The position numbers and the translations under genes are program-made. From assembly GCA_963719225.1 (NCBI GenBank), contig CAVRAY010000001.1:768001-832000 (forward strand): a stretch of 64,000 bases of DNA, written 5' to 3'. The DNA is from Thermoanaerobaculia bacterium. Lineage in GTDB: Bacteria > Acidobacteriota > Thermoanaerobaculia > UBA5066. Every line of letters begins with the position of its first letter. Position 1 is the first letter of the stretch. Positions 56,197 through 64,000 of this stretch are shown here, piece by piece. A model generated the notes under the pieces. The model saw only the letters and a list, made by a program, of their open reading frames with translations, had not been told where the DNA came from and searched no databases.

Positions 56197-57507
56197 TCAC
56201 CTCTCGGGGAGACCGATCTCGTCCCGGAAAAGATCCTCGAACGTCCCCCGGCGGCGAATGAGCGTGGCGTCGTCGCCGTCCACGAGGACCTCCGGCGGAA
56301 GCGGCCGCGCGTTGTAGGTCGACGCCATCGAGAAGCCGTAGGCGCCGGCGTCGAGGAAGACGACGAAATCGCCGGTTTGGGGCCGCGGGAGGAAGCGCTC
56401 GGCGGCGAGGATGTCTCCGGTCTCGCAGACGTCGCCCGCGATGTCGAGGGTCTCGGGCGTCCCTCGGCGGCCGACGACGCGCGCGCGATGGTGCGCTGCG
56501 TACATGGCCGGGCGGAGGAGCGTGTTCGAGCCCGCGTTCACGTTCGCGAAGACCTTGAGCGGAGTCTCCTTCACCGAGTTCACGCGTGTCACGAGGAAGC
56601 CCGCGGGCCCCACGAAGAACCGGCCGGGCTCCATCCACAGCTCGGGCTCGTACCCGGCGTTCGCGGTGAATTTCTTCCAGAGGGGCTCGAGCGCGGACGC
56701 CAGCGCCTCGGGAGTGACACCTTTTTCGCCGTCGTGATACGGCACGCCCAGCCCGCCGCCGAGATTCACGAAGGAAACGCGGATCCCGGGGTCTTTCTCC
56801 AGCTCTTCGACGAAGGAGAGCATCTTCCGGGCGGTCAGGACGTACCCGTCGATCTCGGTGATCTGCGATCCGATGTGGCAATGCACGCCCACGATCCGGA
56901 TCGCGGGAAGCTCCTTCGCCCGCGCGTACCCCGCCCGGGCGAGGCCTCCCTCGAGGTGAAGGCCGAATTTGGACTCGGCGATGCCGGTGTTGATCTGATG
57001 GAGCGTGTGAGGATCCACGCCGGGATTGATCCGGAACGAGATCCTCGCCGTCAGACTCGCGGCCTCCGCGTGCGCGGCGACCTGTTCCAGCTCGTCGCGC
57101 GAGTCGACGTTCACGACGGCGCCGATCGCGACGGCCTTCGCGATCTCCTCGAGCCCCTTCGACGAGCTCGTGAAGAGGATCTCGTCGCCGCGATATCCGG
57201 CTTTCAGCGCCGCGAGGATCTCGCCGAGCGAGACGACCTCCGCGGCGGCGCCTTCCGACCGGAGGAGAGACACGAGAGCACCATTCGTGTTCGCCTTGAG
57301 GGCGTAGTGGATACGGAGCTTCGAAAAGCGGCGCCCAAATGCCGCCCGAAACGCCTGAAACTGACCCGTGATCGTCGCCTTGTCGTAGACGTAGAGAGGG
57401 GTGCCGAACGCGGACGCGAGACGCGCGACGGCGCCGACGGCGGCCGGCTCGGACGCGCGGTCAGCGCGCAGAGCCTCGAGGCCCTCGTGGAGCGTCGGTG
57501 CCGGCAT
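56197..57507 (-). CDS. lysA: Diaminopimelate decarboxylase
   Basis: FGTPLYVY, YALKAN, SKFG, HCHIGSQI, EPGRF, CETGD, GAYG. Confidence 0.95.
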   Translation of the reverse strand: MPAPTLHEGLEALRADRASEPAAVGAVARLASAFGTPLYVYDKATITGQFQAFRAAFGRRFSKLRIHYALKANTNGALVSLLRSEGAAAEVVSLGEILAALKAGYRGDEILFTSSSKGLEEIAKAVAIGAVVNVDSRDELEQVAAHAEAASLTARISFRINPGVDPHTLHQINTGIAESKFGLHLEGGLARAGYARAKELPAIRIVGVHCHIGSQITEIDGYVLTARKMLSFVEELEKDPGIRVSFVNLGGGLGVPYHDGEKGVTPEALASALEPLWKKFTANAGYEPELWMEPGRFFVGPAGFLVTRVNSVKETPLKVFANVNAGSNTLLRPAMYAAHHRARVVGRRGTPETLDIAGDVCETGDILAAERFLPRPQTGDFVVFLDAGAYGFSMASTYNARPLPPEVLVDGDDATLIRRRGTFEDLFRDEIGLPER

Positions 57508-57555
57508 GAGGCCGCGATTCTGCCAGCTTCGAGGCTTCGCGGTACGATGGTGGAG

Positions 57556-57909
57556 ATGCACGTCGAAGTCCGCAAGACGAAGGACGTCGTGATCGTCGAC
57601 CTCCAGGGCCGCCTCCTCGCGGGGGTCGGCGACGAGATCCTGAGGGGCGTCGTGAACGAGCTTCTCGCCGAGGGCTGGAAGAAGATTCTGCTCAATCTCT
57701 CCGAGGTGACCTCGATCGACAGCGCGGGAACGGGCGAGCTCGTGGCGAGCCACAAGATCTGCGAGCGGTTCGGGGCGAAGCTGAAGCTCCTGAACCTGCA
57801 CGAGCGCGTCCGCAAGAGCCTCCATCTTTCCCAGCTCCTTCCGGTCTTCGAGGTCTACGACGAAGAACGCGTTGCCCTTCGACACTACGAGGAGAAGAAG
57901 GCCCCCTGA
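57556..57909 (+). CDS. STAS domain anti-sigma factor antagonist
   Basis: ILLNLSEVTSIDSAGTGELV. Confidence 0.9.
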   Translation: MHVEVRKTKDVVIVDLQGRLLAGVGDEILRGVVNELLAEGWKKILLNLSEVTSIDSAGTGELVASHKICERFGAKLKLLNLHERVRKSLHLSQLLPVFEVYDEERVALRHYEEKKAP

Positions 57910-57931
57910 TCCCGGGCCTTTCGGGAGGGCC

Positions 57932-60517
57932 GTGCCTTCGTCTTTCGCCCGATTCGCCGCTCTCGGCTTCGCGCTCGTCTCCTCGGGCTCGGCGGCGCAG
58001 GGGCTCCCGTGGTCGCGGATCGCTCTCGAGAGGGTCGCGTCGGGCTTCACGAACCCCGTCCACGTCACGCACGCGAACGACGGCAGCGCGCGGCTGTTCG
58101 TCGTGGAGCAGCGGGGACGCGTGCGGATCCTCAAGGACGGCGCGATCCTTCCGACGCCCTTTCTCGACATCTCCTCGCGCGTGAGCTTCGGCTCGGAGCG
58201 CGGCCTCCTCTCGATCGCGTTTCCTCCCGGCCGCGGCAGGAAGAGCGAGTTCTATGCGGACTACACCGACGTCAGGGGCGACACGGTTATCTCGCGCTTC
58301 ACGGTGTCCGGCGATCCGAACGTCGCGGACGCGACATCCGAACAGATTCTCCTCAGCATTGCCCAGCCCTTTGCGAACCACAACGGCGGGCAGCTCGTGT
58401 TCGGGCCGGACGGCTACCTTTACGTCGGCATGGGCGACGGCGGGGACGCGGGCGACCCCAACAACAACGCGCAGAATCTCGGGAGTCTTCTCGGAAAGAT
58501 TCTTCGAATAGATGTGCGGGGCGCGGCTTCGCCATACGGTATTCCGCCCGACAACCCTTTCGCAGGATCTTCCTCTTCGCGTCCCGAGATCTGGGCGTAT
58601 GGGCTGCGAAACCCCTGGCGTTTCTCGTTCGACCGCAAGACGAACGTGCTCTACATCGCCGACGTCGGTCAGGGGGCGTGGGAAGAGGTGGATGTGCAGC
58701 CCGCGGAGAGCACCGGTGGCGAGAACTACGGCTGGCGGCTCACGGAAGGGAACCACTGCTTCACCCCTTCCACCGGCTGCCCGACCGCCGGCATCACGTT
58801 CCCCGTCGCCGAGCACTCGCACGCGGGCGGGAACTGCTCGGTGACGGGCGGCTTCGCCTATCGAGGCCGCGATTTCGACGCCCTGACGGGAATCTACTTC
58901 TACGGCGACTACTGCAGCGGGCGGATCTGGGGCCTTCGCCGCACGGACACCGGGTGGGACGACATCGAGCTCCTGAAGCCCGGCTTCGCGATCTCCACGT
59001 TCGGCGAGGACGAAGCGGGCGAGATCTACGTCGCCGACTACACGGGAGGCGTGATCCATCGCCTGACCGACGCGGACGGAAAGAGCGCGGTGCGGCTCGT
59101 GCCCGTGGTCGTCGACGTCATCGGTCGCACCGGGGCGCGCTTCGTTTCGGAGCTGACGCTGGGAAACCGCGGCACGACGGCCGCTTCGGTCGACCTGACG
59201 TTCACCGCCGCGACGTCGCTGGCGAGCTCGGGAAGCGGCACGGTGACGGAGACGGTGCCCCCGGGACGCCAGCTCGTCTTCGCCGACACCCTCGAATACC
59301 TTCGCGGAAAGAACCTGACGATTCCGGCCGGAAACCAGGGCGGTACGCTTCGCCTCGTCTTCAGGGGGATCTCGTCCGGCGACGCCGCCTTCGCTTCGGT
59401 GCGGACACAGGCCGTGCTGCCCGAGGGCCGCGCGGGCCTCGCGTATCCGGCCCTCTCTCCCGCTGAGACCGCGGAGAAGGGTATCTCGCTCTTCGGACTG
59501 CGCGAGGACGCCGCGTTCCGGAGCAACCTCGCGCTCGTGAACGCCGGCGATCCGGCCGCGAAGACGAGCGTGCTCCTGCAGGTCACGCTCACGAGCGGCG
59601 ACCCGGGTGACGGGCGGCGCTTCGCCCTGGCGCCCGTCAGCCTCCAGGCCGGACAGTGGATGCAGCTCAACCAGGTCCTGCAGCTGGCGGGCATGACGAA
59701 CGGGTGGGCGACCGTCGAGCGCGTGGGAGGCGTCGATCCCTTCTACGCGTACGCCGTCGTCAACGACAACGTCACCGACGACGGCGCGTTCGTCTCGCCC
59801 GTGGCCGCCGGACGGAGATCGGATCGACAGATGCTGCCCGTCGCGGTGGGGACGGGCAGTTTCGTGACCGAGCTCGCGCTGACGAATCCGGGCACCGACG
59901 CGATCAAGTTGACATTCAGGGAGGCAAACGCCAACAAAGACGTCGTCCTACAGCCGCGAGAGCAGCGATTCATTCCCGACGTGCTCTCATTTCTCGGGCT
60001 TGCCTCGTCGGCGACGCCGCTGGAGATTTCTTCGAATGGAGGGGCGACGGCGTTCCATGCGAGCGCGCGCACGTTTTCGTCCGCGCCCGGAGGCGGGACG
60101 TTCGGCGTCGCATACGCCGCGATACCACCGCCTGATGCGGCCTTGTCGGAAGGCTGGGTCTACGGCCTCAAGCAGAACGGGTCTACGCGTTCGAACCTCG
60201 CGCTTGCGACGGCCGATCCGCCTTTTGGCGGGCCCGGGGGCGCGCAATCCCCCTGGTCCCTTTCATTGGATTTCTTCGACGGCGAAACCGGAAACCTGGC
60301 GGGAACACGCGTTGTGTCCCTGATTCGGTCGTTTCCCGACTGGATACAGTTGAATTCCGCGCTTTCTGCGTTCGGCATCCGAAACGGTTATGTTCGCGTG
60401 CGTGCCCCCGCGGGCAACCTCGATCCGTTCATCGTCTACGGCGTCGTGAACGACGGCGCGGTGCCGGGGCAGGGCACGGGAGACGGCAGCTACATGGCGA
60501 TGACGTCGGTCCCCTGA
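57932..60517 (+). CDS. PQQ-dependent sugar dehydrogenase-like (GSDH) domain with a duplicated C-terminal beta module
   Basis: ERGLLSIAF, NHNGGQL, GKILRID, YGLRNPWR, DVGQ, FGED; two copies of RSNLAL...(Y)xVVND. Confidence 0.87.
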   Translation: MPSSFARFAALGFALVSSGSAAQGLPWSRIALERVASGFTNPVHVTHANDGSARLFVVEQRGRVRILKDGAILPTPFLDISSRVSFGSERGLLSIAFPPGRGRKSEFYADYTDVRGDTVISRFTVSGDPNVADATSEQILLSIAQPFANHNGGQLVFGPDGYLYVGMGDGGDAGDPNNNAQNLGSLLGKILRIDVRGAASPYGIPPDNPFAGSSSSRPEIWAYGLRNPWRFSFDRKTNVLYIADVGQGAWEEVDVQPAESTGGENYGWRLTEGNHCFTPSTGCPTAGITFPVAEHSHAGGNCSVTGGFAYRGRDFDALTGIYFYGDYCSGRIWGLRRTDTGWDDIELLKPGFAISTFGEDEAGEIYVADYTGGVIHRLTDADGKSAVRLVPVVVDVIGRTGARFVSELTLGNRGTTAASVDLTFTAATSLASSGSGTVTETVPPGRQLVFADTLEYLRGKNLTIPAGNQGGTLRLVFRGISSGDAAFASVRTQAVLPEGRAGLAYPALSPAETAEKGISLFGLREDAAFRSNLALVNAGDPAAKTSVLLQVTLTSGDPGDGRRFALAPVSLQAGQWMQLNQVLQLAGMTNGWATVERVGGVDPFYAYAVVNDNVTDDGAFVSPVAAGRRSDRQMLPVAVGTGSFVTELALTNPGTDAIKLTFREANANKDVVLQPREQRFIPDVLSFLGLASSATPLEISSNGGATAFHASARTFSSAPGGGTFGVAYAAIPPPDAALSEGWVYGLKQNGSTRSNLALATADPPFGGPGGAQSPWSLSLDFFDGETGNLAGTRVVSLIRSFPDWIQLNSALSAFGIRNGYVRVRAPAGNLDPFIVYGVVNDGAVPGQGTGDGSYMAMTSVP

Positions 60518-60560
60518 AGCTACCGGCCCGCGGCACGCGGTCTGCTAACGTGACGACGAC

Positions 60561-61720
60561 GTGGATGCGTCTGCGCTGATTCGACGCCTCGGGAGGACGC
60601 TCCTCACGCTGACTCTCGCCGCGGCCGGTCCTGCCGCCGCGCAGACCGACGCGCCCCCCGCGACGCCTACTCCCGCCGCGGCGCCCACCCCCGACATCCC
60701 ACCGCCTCAGGCGGGAAGCGGCGGCAGCCAGACGACGAACTACTTCAATCCCAGCATCTCGGTGATCGGGAACTTCCTCGCCGTCGCCGGCCAGAACCGG
60801 GTGGAGAGCCTGCCCAACGCGAGCCTGCGGGAATCGGAAGTCGGCCTCCAGGCGATCGTCGACCCGTACGGCCGGGCCGATTTCTTCCTCTCCTTCGGAG
60901 AGGAAGGCGTCGAGGTGGAAGAGGGCTTCCTGACGTTTACTTCGCTGCCCGCGGGCCTGCTCGCGAAGGTCGGCCGGATGCGCGTGGCATTCGGCAAGAT
61001 CAACACCCTTCATCTCCACGTCCTCCCGTGGCCCGACGCGCCTCTGCCGATCGTGAACCTCCTGGGAGGCGAGGAGGGGTGGATCGGAACGGGCGTCTCT
61101 CTCGCGAAGCTCCTTCCCCTGCCCGGCGACACCTTCTCGGAGATCACGGCGCAGGTGTTTCGCGGGGATTCGGCTGGTTTGTTCGTCGCCGAGAAGCGGA
61201 GCGATCTGGCCTACAACAGTCACTACCGTGTCTTTCGGGACCTGAGCGATTCCACGAACCTCGATCTCGGCTTCTCGTACGGGCAGGGTCCGAACGGAAC
61301 GGCCGCGGACGCGGTGACGCGCCTCGAGGCGATCGACGCGACGTTTCGTTGGAAACCGCTCGTGCGCGGAAACTACAAGTCCGCCTCTTTGAGGGGGAGC
61401 TCTTTCGCAGCCGGCGCGACCAGCCTGACGGCCCCCGAACCGCATGGGGGTGGTTCGTCTCGGGCGAGTACCAGCTCTCCAAGCGCTGGTTCACCGGGGC
61501 GCGCTTCGAGTCCTCCGACCATGCGGACGACTCTGCCAAGCGCGACACCGGCGTCGCCGTGACCCTGACCTTCTGGCCGAGCGAGTTCTCCCAGGTTCGA
61601 GGAGAGTTCCGGCGCCGCCGCTACGAAGGCTATCCAGGCGCGCCGGAAATCTACACGGCCAACGAGCTCCTTCTCCAGCTGCAATTTGCGATCGGCGCGC
61701 ACGGCGCGCACCCGTTCTAG
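60561..61720 (+). pseudogene. Outer-membrane beta-barrel (metal-uptake associated), split by a 1-nt frameshift in a G run
   Basis: First frame FNPSISVIG...DPY...YKSASLR; the continuation GELFRS...EFSQVR...IGAHGAHPF* is in another frame. The run at 61393-61397 has 5 G where 6 would restore the frame. Confidence 0.8.
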
Positions 61721-61740
61721 TGACGAAAGGCTCGGAGATC

Positions 61741-62766
61741 ATGAAGACGGCGAAAGAAGATTCTCTTAGAAGGGTAAGAGGGCGGCTCGCATCGGCTTCG
61801 GCTGCGCCAGGTGGCATCGCCCGCACCACACGCACCGGCCACCTTCTAAGAAAATCCCCGGTCTCCCTCTCTCTCTTGCTCATCGCGCTTCTCTTCTCTT
61901 CCGCCGCGGAGGCGAAGCTCCGGGTCGTCACGTCCCTCCAGGACCTCGCCTCGATCGCGGACGCGATCGGCGGCAACCGGGTGGAGACGTACGCGCTGGC
62001 GAAGGGATATCAGGACCCGCATTTCGTGGACGCCAAGCCCTCCTTCATCCTGAAGCTCTCCCGCGCCGACGTCCTGATCGTCGCCGGTCTCGAGCTCGAG
62101 GTCGGCTACCTGCCGCCGCTGATCGACCAGAGCCGCAACGACAGGATTCATCCCGGCAGCCCCGGGTATCTCGACGCTTCGAGCGGCTGCGACATCCTCC
62201 AGCGGCCGACCCAGCAGGTCACCCGCGCGATGGGCGACGTGCATCCGTACGGGAACCCGCACTACTGGACCGATCCGGAAAACGGCCGCGTGATCGCGCG
62301 GGCCATCGCCCGGAAGCTGTCGGAGCTCGATCCCTTCGGGAAGGCCGTCTTCGAGAAGAACCTCGCCGCTTTCGAAGGACGTCTGACCGAGAAGGAGAAG
62401 GAATGGAACACGAAGATGGGTTCCTACGCGGGGACGAAGGTCGTGACCTTCCACGACTCCTGGCCGAACTTCGCCAAGTACTTCAAGCTCTCGATCGCAG
62501 GGCACATCGAGCCGAAGCCGGGCATTCCGCCCTCGCCCTCTCACACGCTCGAGATCATCAACCTGATCCGGGCGCAGAAGATCCCGGTGATCCTCATCGA
62601 ACCCTACTTCGACAGCAAGACGCCGAAGTACATCGGAGAGAAGACGGGCGCCGCGGTGGTCACGTTCTACCCGTCGGTCGGCGGGATTCCGGAGATCAAG
62701 GACTACTTCTCGCTCTTCGATCACAACATCGAAGCCTTCGTCTCGGCCAGCAAGGCAAAGAAATAG
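61741..62766 (+). CDS. Metal (Zn/Mn) ABC transporter substrate-binding protein
   Basis: QDPHFV, GLELE, GDVHPYGNPHYW, FHDSW, EPKPGIPPSPSH. Confidence 0.92.
   Translation: MKTAKEDSLRRVRGRLASASAAPGGIARTTRTGHLLRKSPVSLSLLLIALLFSSAAEAKLRVVTSLQDLASIADAIGGNRVETYALAKGYQDPHFVDAKPSFILKLSRADVLIVAGLELEVGYLPPLIDQSRNDRIHPGSPGYLDASSGCDILQRPTQQVTRAMGDVHPYGNPHYWTDPENGRVIARAIARKLSELDPFGKAVFEKNLAAFEGRLTEKEKEWNTKMGSYAGTKVVTFHDSWPNFAKYFKLSIAGHIEPKPGIPPSPSHTLEIINLIRAQKIPVILIEPYFDSKTPKYIGEKTGAAVVTFYPSVGGIPEIKDYFSLFDHNIEAFVSASKAKK
61756..61856. repeat. Inward-facing motif pair at the 5' end of the metal-binding-protein gene
   Basis: GAAGATTCTCTTAGAAGGGT (61756-61775) and CCACCTTCTAAGAAAATC (61839-61856). Confidence 0.8.
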
Positions 62767-62770
62767 ACGA

Positions 62771-63610
62771 ATGACGATCCTTCAGATCCTGCTTCCCGCG
62801 TTCGTCGCGAGCCTCATCCTCACCGGAATCCATGCCTATCTCGGCGTTCACGTGGTCGAACGCGGCGTCATCTTCGTCGACCTTTCCCTTGCGCAAATCG
62901 CGGCTCTGGGTACGACGGTCGCGTATCTCGCCGGATACGACCTCCACTCCACCGCTGCGTACGTCTTCTCCCTCGGCTTCACGTTCCTGGGAGCCGCGAT
63001 CTTCGCGATGTCGCGCGTCCACCGTAAGACGCGCATCCCGCAGGAGGCGATCATCGGCATCGTCTACGCGGTGTCGGCGGCGGTCGCCATCCTCGTGATG
63101 TCGAAGGCGACCCAGGAGACGGAGCACCTCAAGGAAATGCTCGTCGGCAACATCCTCTCGGTGACATGGAGCGAGCTGGCGAAGACCGCGCTCCTCTATT
63201 CGCTCGTGGGCTTGTTTCACTTCTTCTTCCGGAAGCGATTCCTCCTGATCTCGATGAACGAGCCGGAAGCGGAGCGGCAGGGTCTGAACATCCGGTGGTG
63301 GGACTTCCTTTTCTACATGTCCTTCGGATTCGTCGTGACGTCGTCGGTCGCGATCGCCGGCGTGCTCCTCGTCTTCTGCTTCCTCATCGTGCCCTCGGTG
63401 ACCGCGATGCTCTTCGCCGAGCGGCTCGGGCCGAGGCTCGCGATCGGCTGGACGATGGGGGCTGTCGTGTCGGCGCTGGGAGTGTGGTTCTCCTTCCAGT
63501 TCGACCTCCCGACGGGCGCGGCCATCGTCGCCACGTTCGGAGCGGCCCTGTTGATCCTCGCGGCCGTCCGGCGCTTCGTACCGGGGCCCTGGAGGAACGC
63601 GGCAGCCTAG
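62771..63610 (+). CDS. Metal ABC transporter permease (ZnuB/MntB-like)
   Basis: GVHVVERGVIFVDLSLAQIAALG, EAIIG, GVLLVFCFLIVP, DLPTG. Confidence 0.92.
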   Translation: MTILQILLPAFVASLILTGIHAYLGVHVVERGVIFVDLSLAQIAALGTTVAYLAGYDLHSTAAYVFSLGFTFLGAAIFAMSRVHRKTRIPQEAIIGIVYAVSAAVAILVMSKATQETEHLKEMLVGNILSVTWSELAKTALLYSLVGLFHFFFRKRFLLISMNEPEAERQGLNIRWWDFLFYMSFGFVVTSSVAIAGVLLVFCFLIVPSVTAMLFAERLGPRLAIGWTMGAVVSALGVWFSFQFDLPTGAAIVATFGAALLILAAVRRFVPGPWRNAAA

Positions 63611-63620
63611 AATCCGGCCC

Positions 63621-64000
63621 ATGCTGAAAAGCCGACGCGCGTTCCTCGAAGAGATCTCGTTCGCCTCGCTCATCGCCGGTTTCCCGCTGCCGGCCCAGGC
63701 GGCCCTCGCCCGGTACGCGGAGAAGCCGCCGGACCCCGTCACCCCGAAGGCGCTCCGCCCCGGCATGACGGTCGCGCTCGTCTCACCCGCGTCGCCCGCC
63801 TGGAATCCCGACCGGAACGACGTCGCCGTGGAGGTCGTCGAATCGATGGGATTCAAGCCGAAGCTGTTCCCGCACGCCCGAGAAGCGACGAACTACCTCG
63901 CGGGAAGCGACGAGCACCGTGCCGCCGATCTCAACGCCGCGTTCGCGGATCCGTCCGTCGACGCGATCTTCTGCCTGCGCGGCGGCTACGGCGCCTCGCG
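63621..64000 (+). CDS. LD-carboxypeptidase (S66) with Tat signal, runs off the window
   Basis: Manual translation MLKSRRAFL...PKALRPGMTVALVSPAS...YLAGSDEHRAADLNAAFADPSVDAIFCLRGGYGAS. Confidence 0.9.
   Translation, partial: MLKSRRAFLEEISFASLIAGFPLPAQAALARYAEKPPDPVTPKALRPGMTVALVSPASPAWNPDRNDVAVEVVESMGFKPKLFPHAREATNYLAGSDEHRAADLNAAFADPSVDAIFCLRGGYGAS

Noticed and set aside
1160-59466. Many long antisense or alternate-frame ORFs (e.g. 1160-2437, 39018-42719, 39496-42594, 46916-49198, 51180-53522)
   Set aside because: Arg/Pro/Gly-rich shadow frames, expected at this GC content, overlapping well-supported genes and showing no family motifs.
13224-61856. Motif pairs as CRISPR repeats or as one MITE/IS family
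   Set aside because: There is no regular direct-repeat array. Spacers are unrelated and sometimes encode conserved protein sequence. I saw no target-site duplications or transposase. A REP-like origin is not fully excluded.

Overview
A high-GC (roughly 70% by eye), gene-dense bacterial chromosome segment, by inference Acidobacteriota (Thermoanaerobaculia-like). It carries about 50 genes: translation factors (yciH/SUI1, arfB), TCA genes (gltA, mdh, sdhCAB), a HerA-like ATPase, many secreted hydrolases, a stand-alone gltB, peptidoglycan-recycling genes, a propeller histidine kinase/LuxR/CSLREA-IPTL triad, lysA, and a metal-uptake operon with a frameshifted porin. I saw no rRNA, tRNA, CRISPR array, integrase or transposase. 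Two signals are not explained by the gene list. (1) A polar AT-rich motif, core TTCTTNGAAGG, recurs at about 0.3-0.5, 13.2, 18.3, 19.3, 33.6, 45.5-46.5 and 61.8 kb. It often forms inward-facing pairs, mostly lies inside genes, and writes SPSKK/LRR/LRK-type peptides into unrelated proteins. (2) An unannotated Thr/branched-chain-rich leader peptide with antiterminator and terminator lies directly upstream of glutamate synthase gltB. Leaderless promoters (TANNNT 5-9 nt before the start codon) are also common. All calls were made by eye, without database searches.
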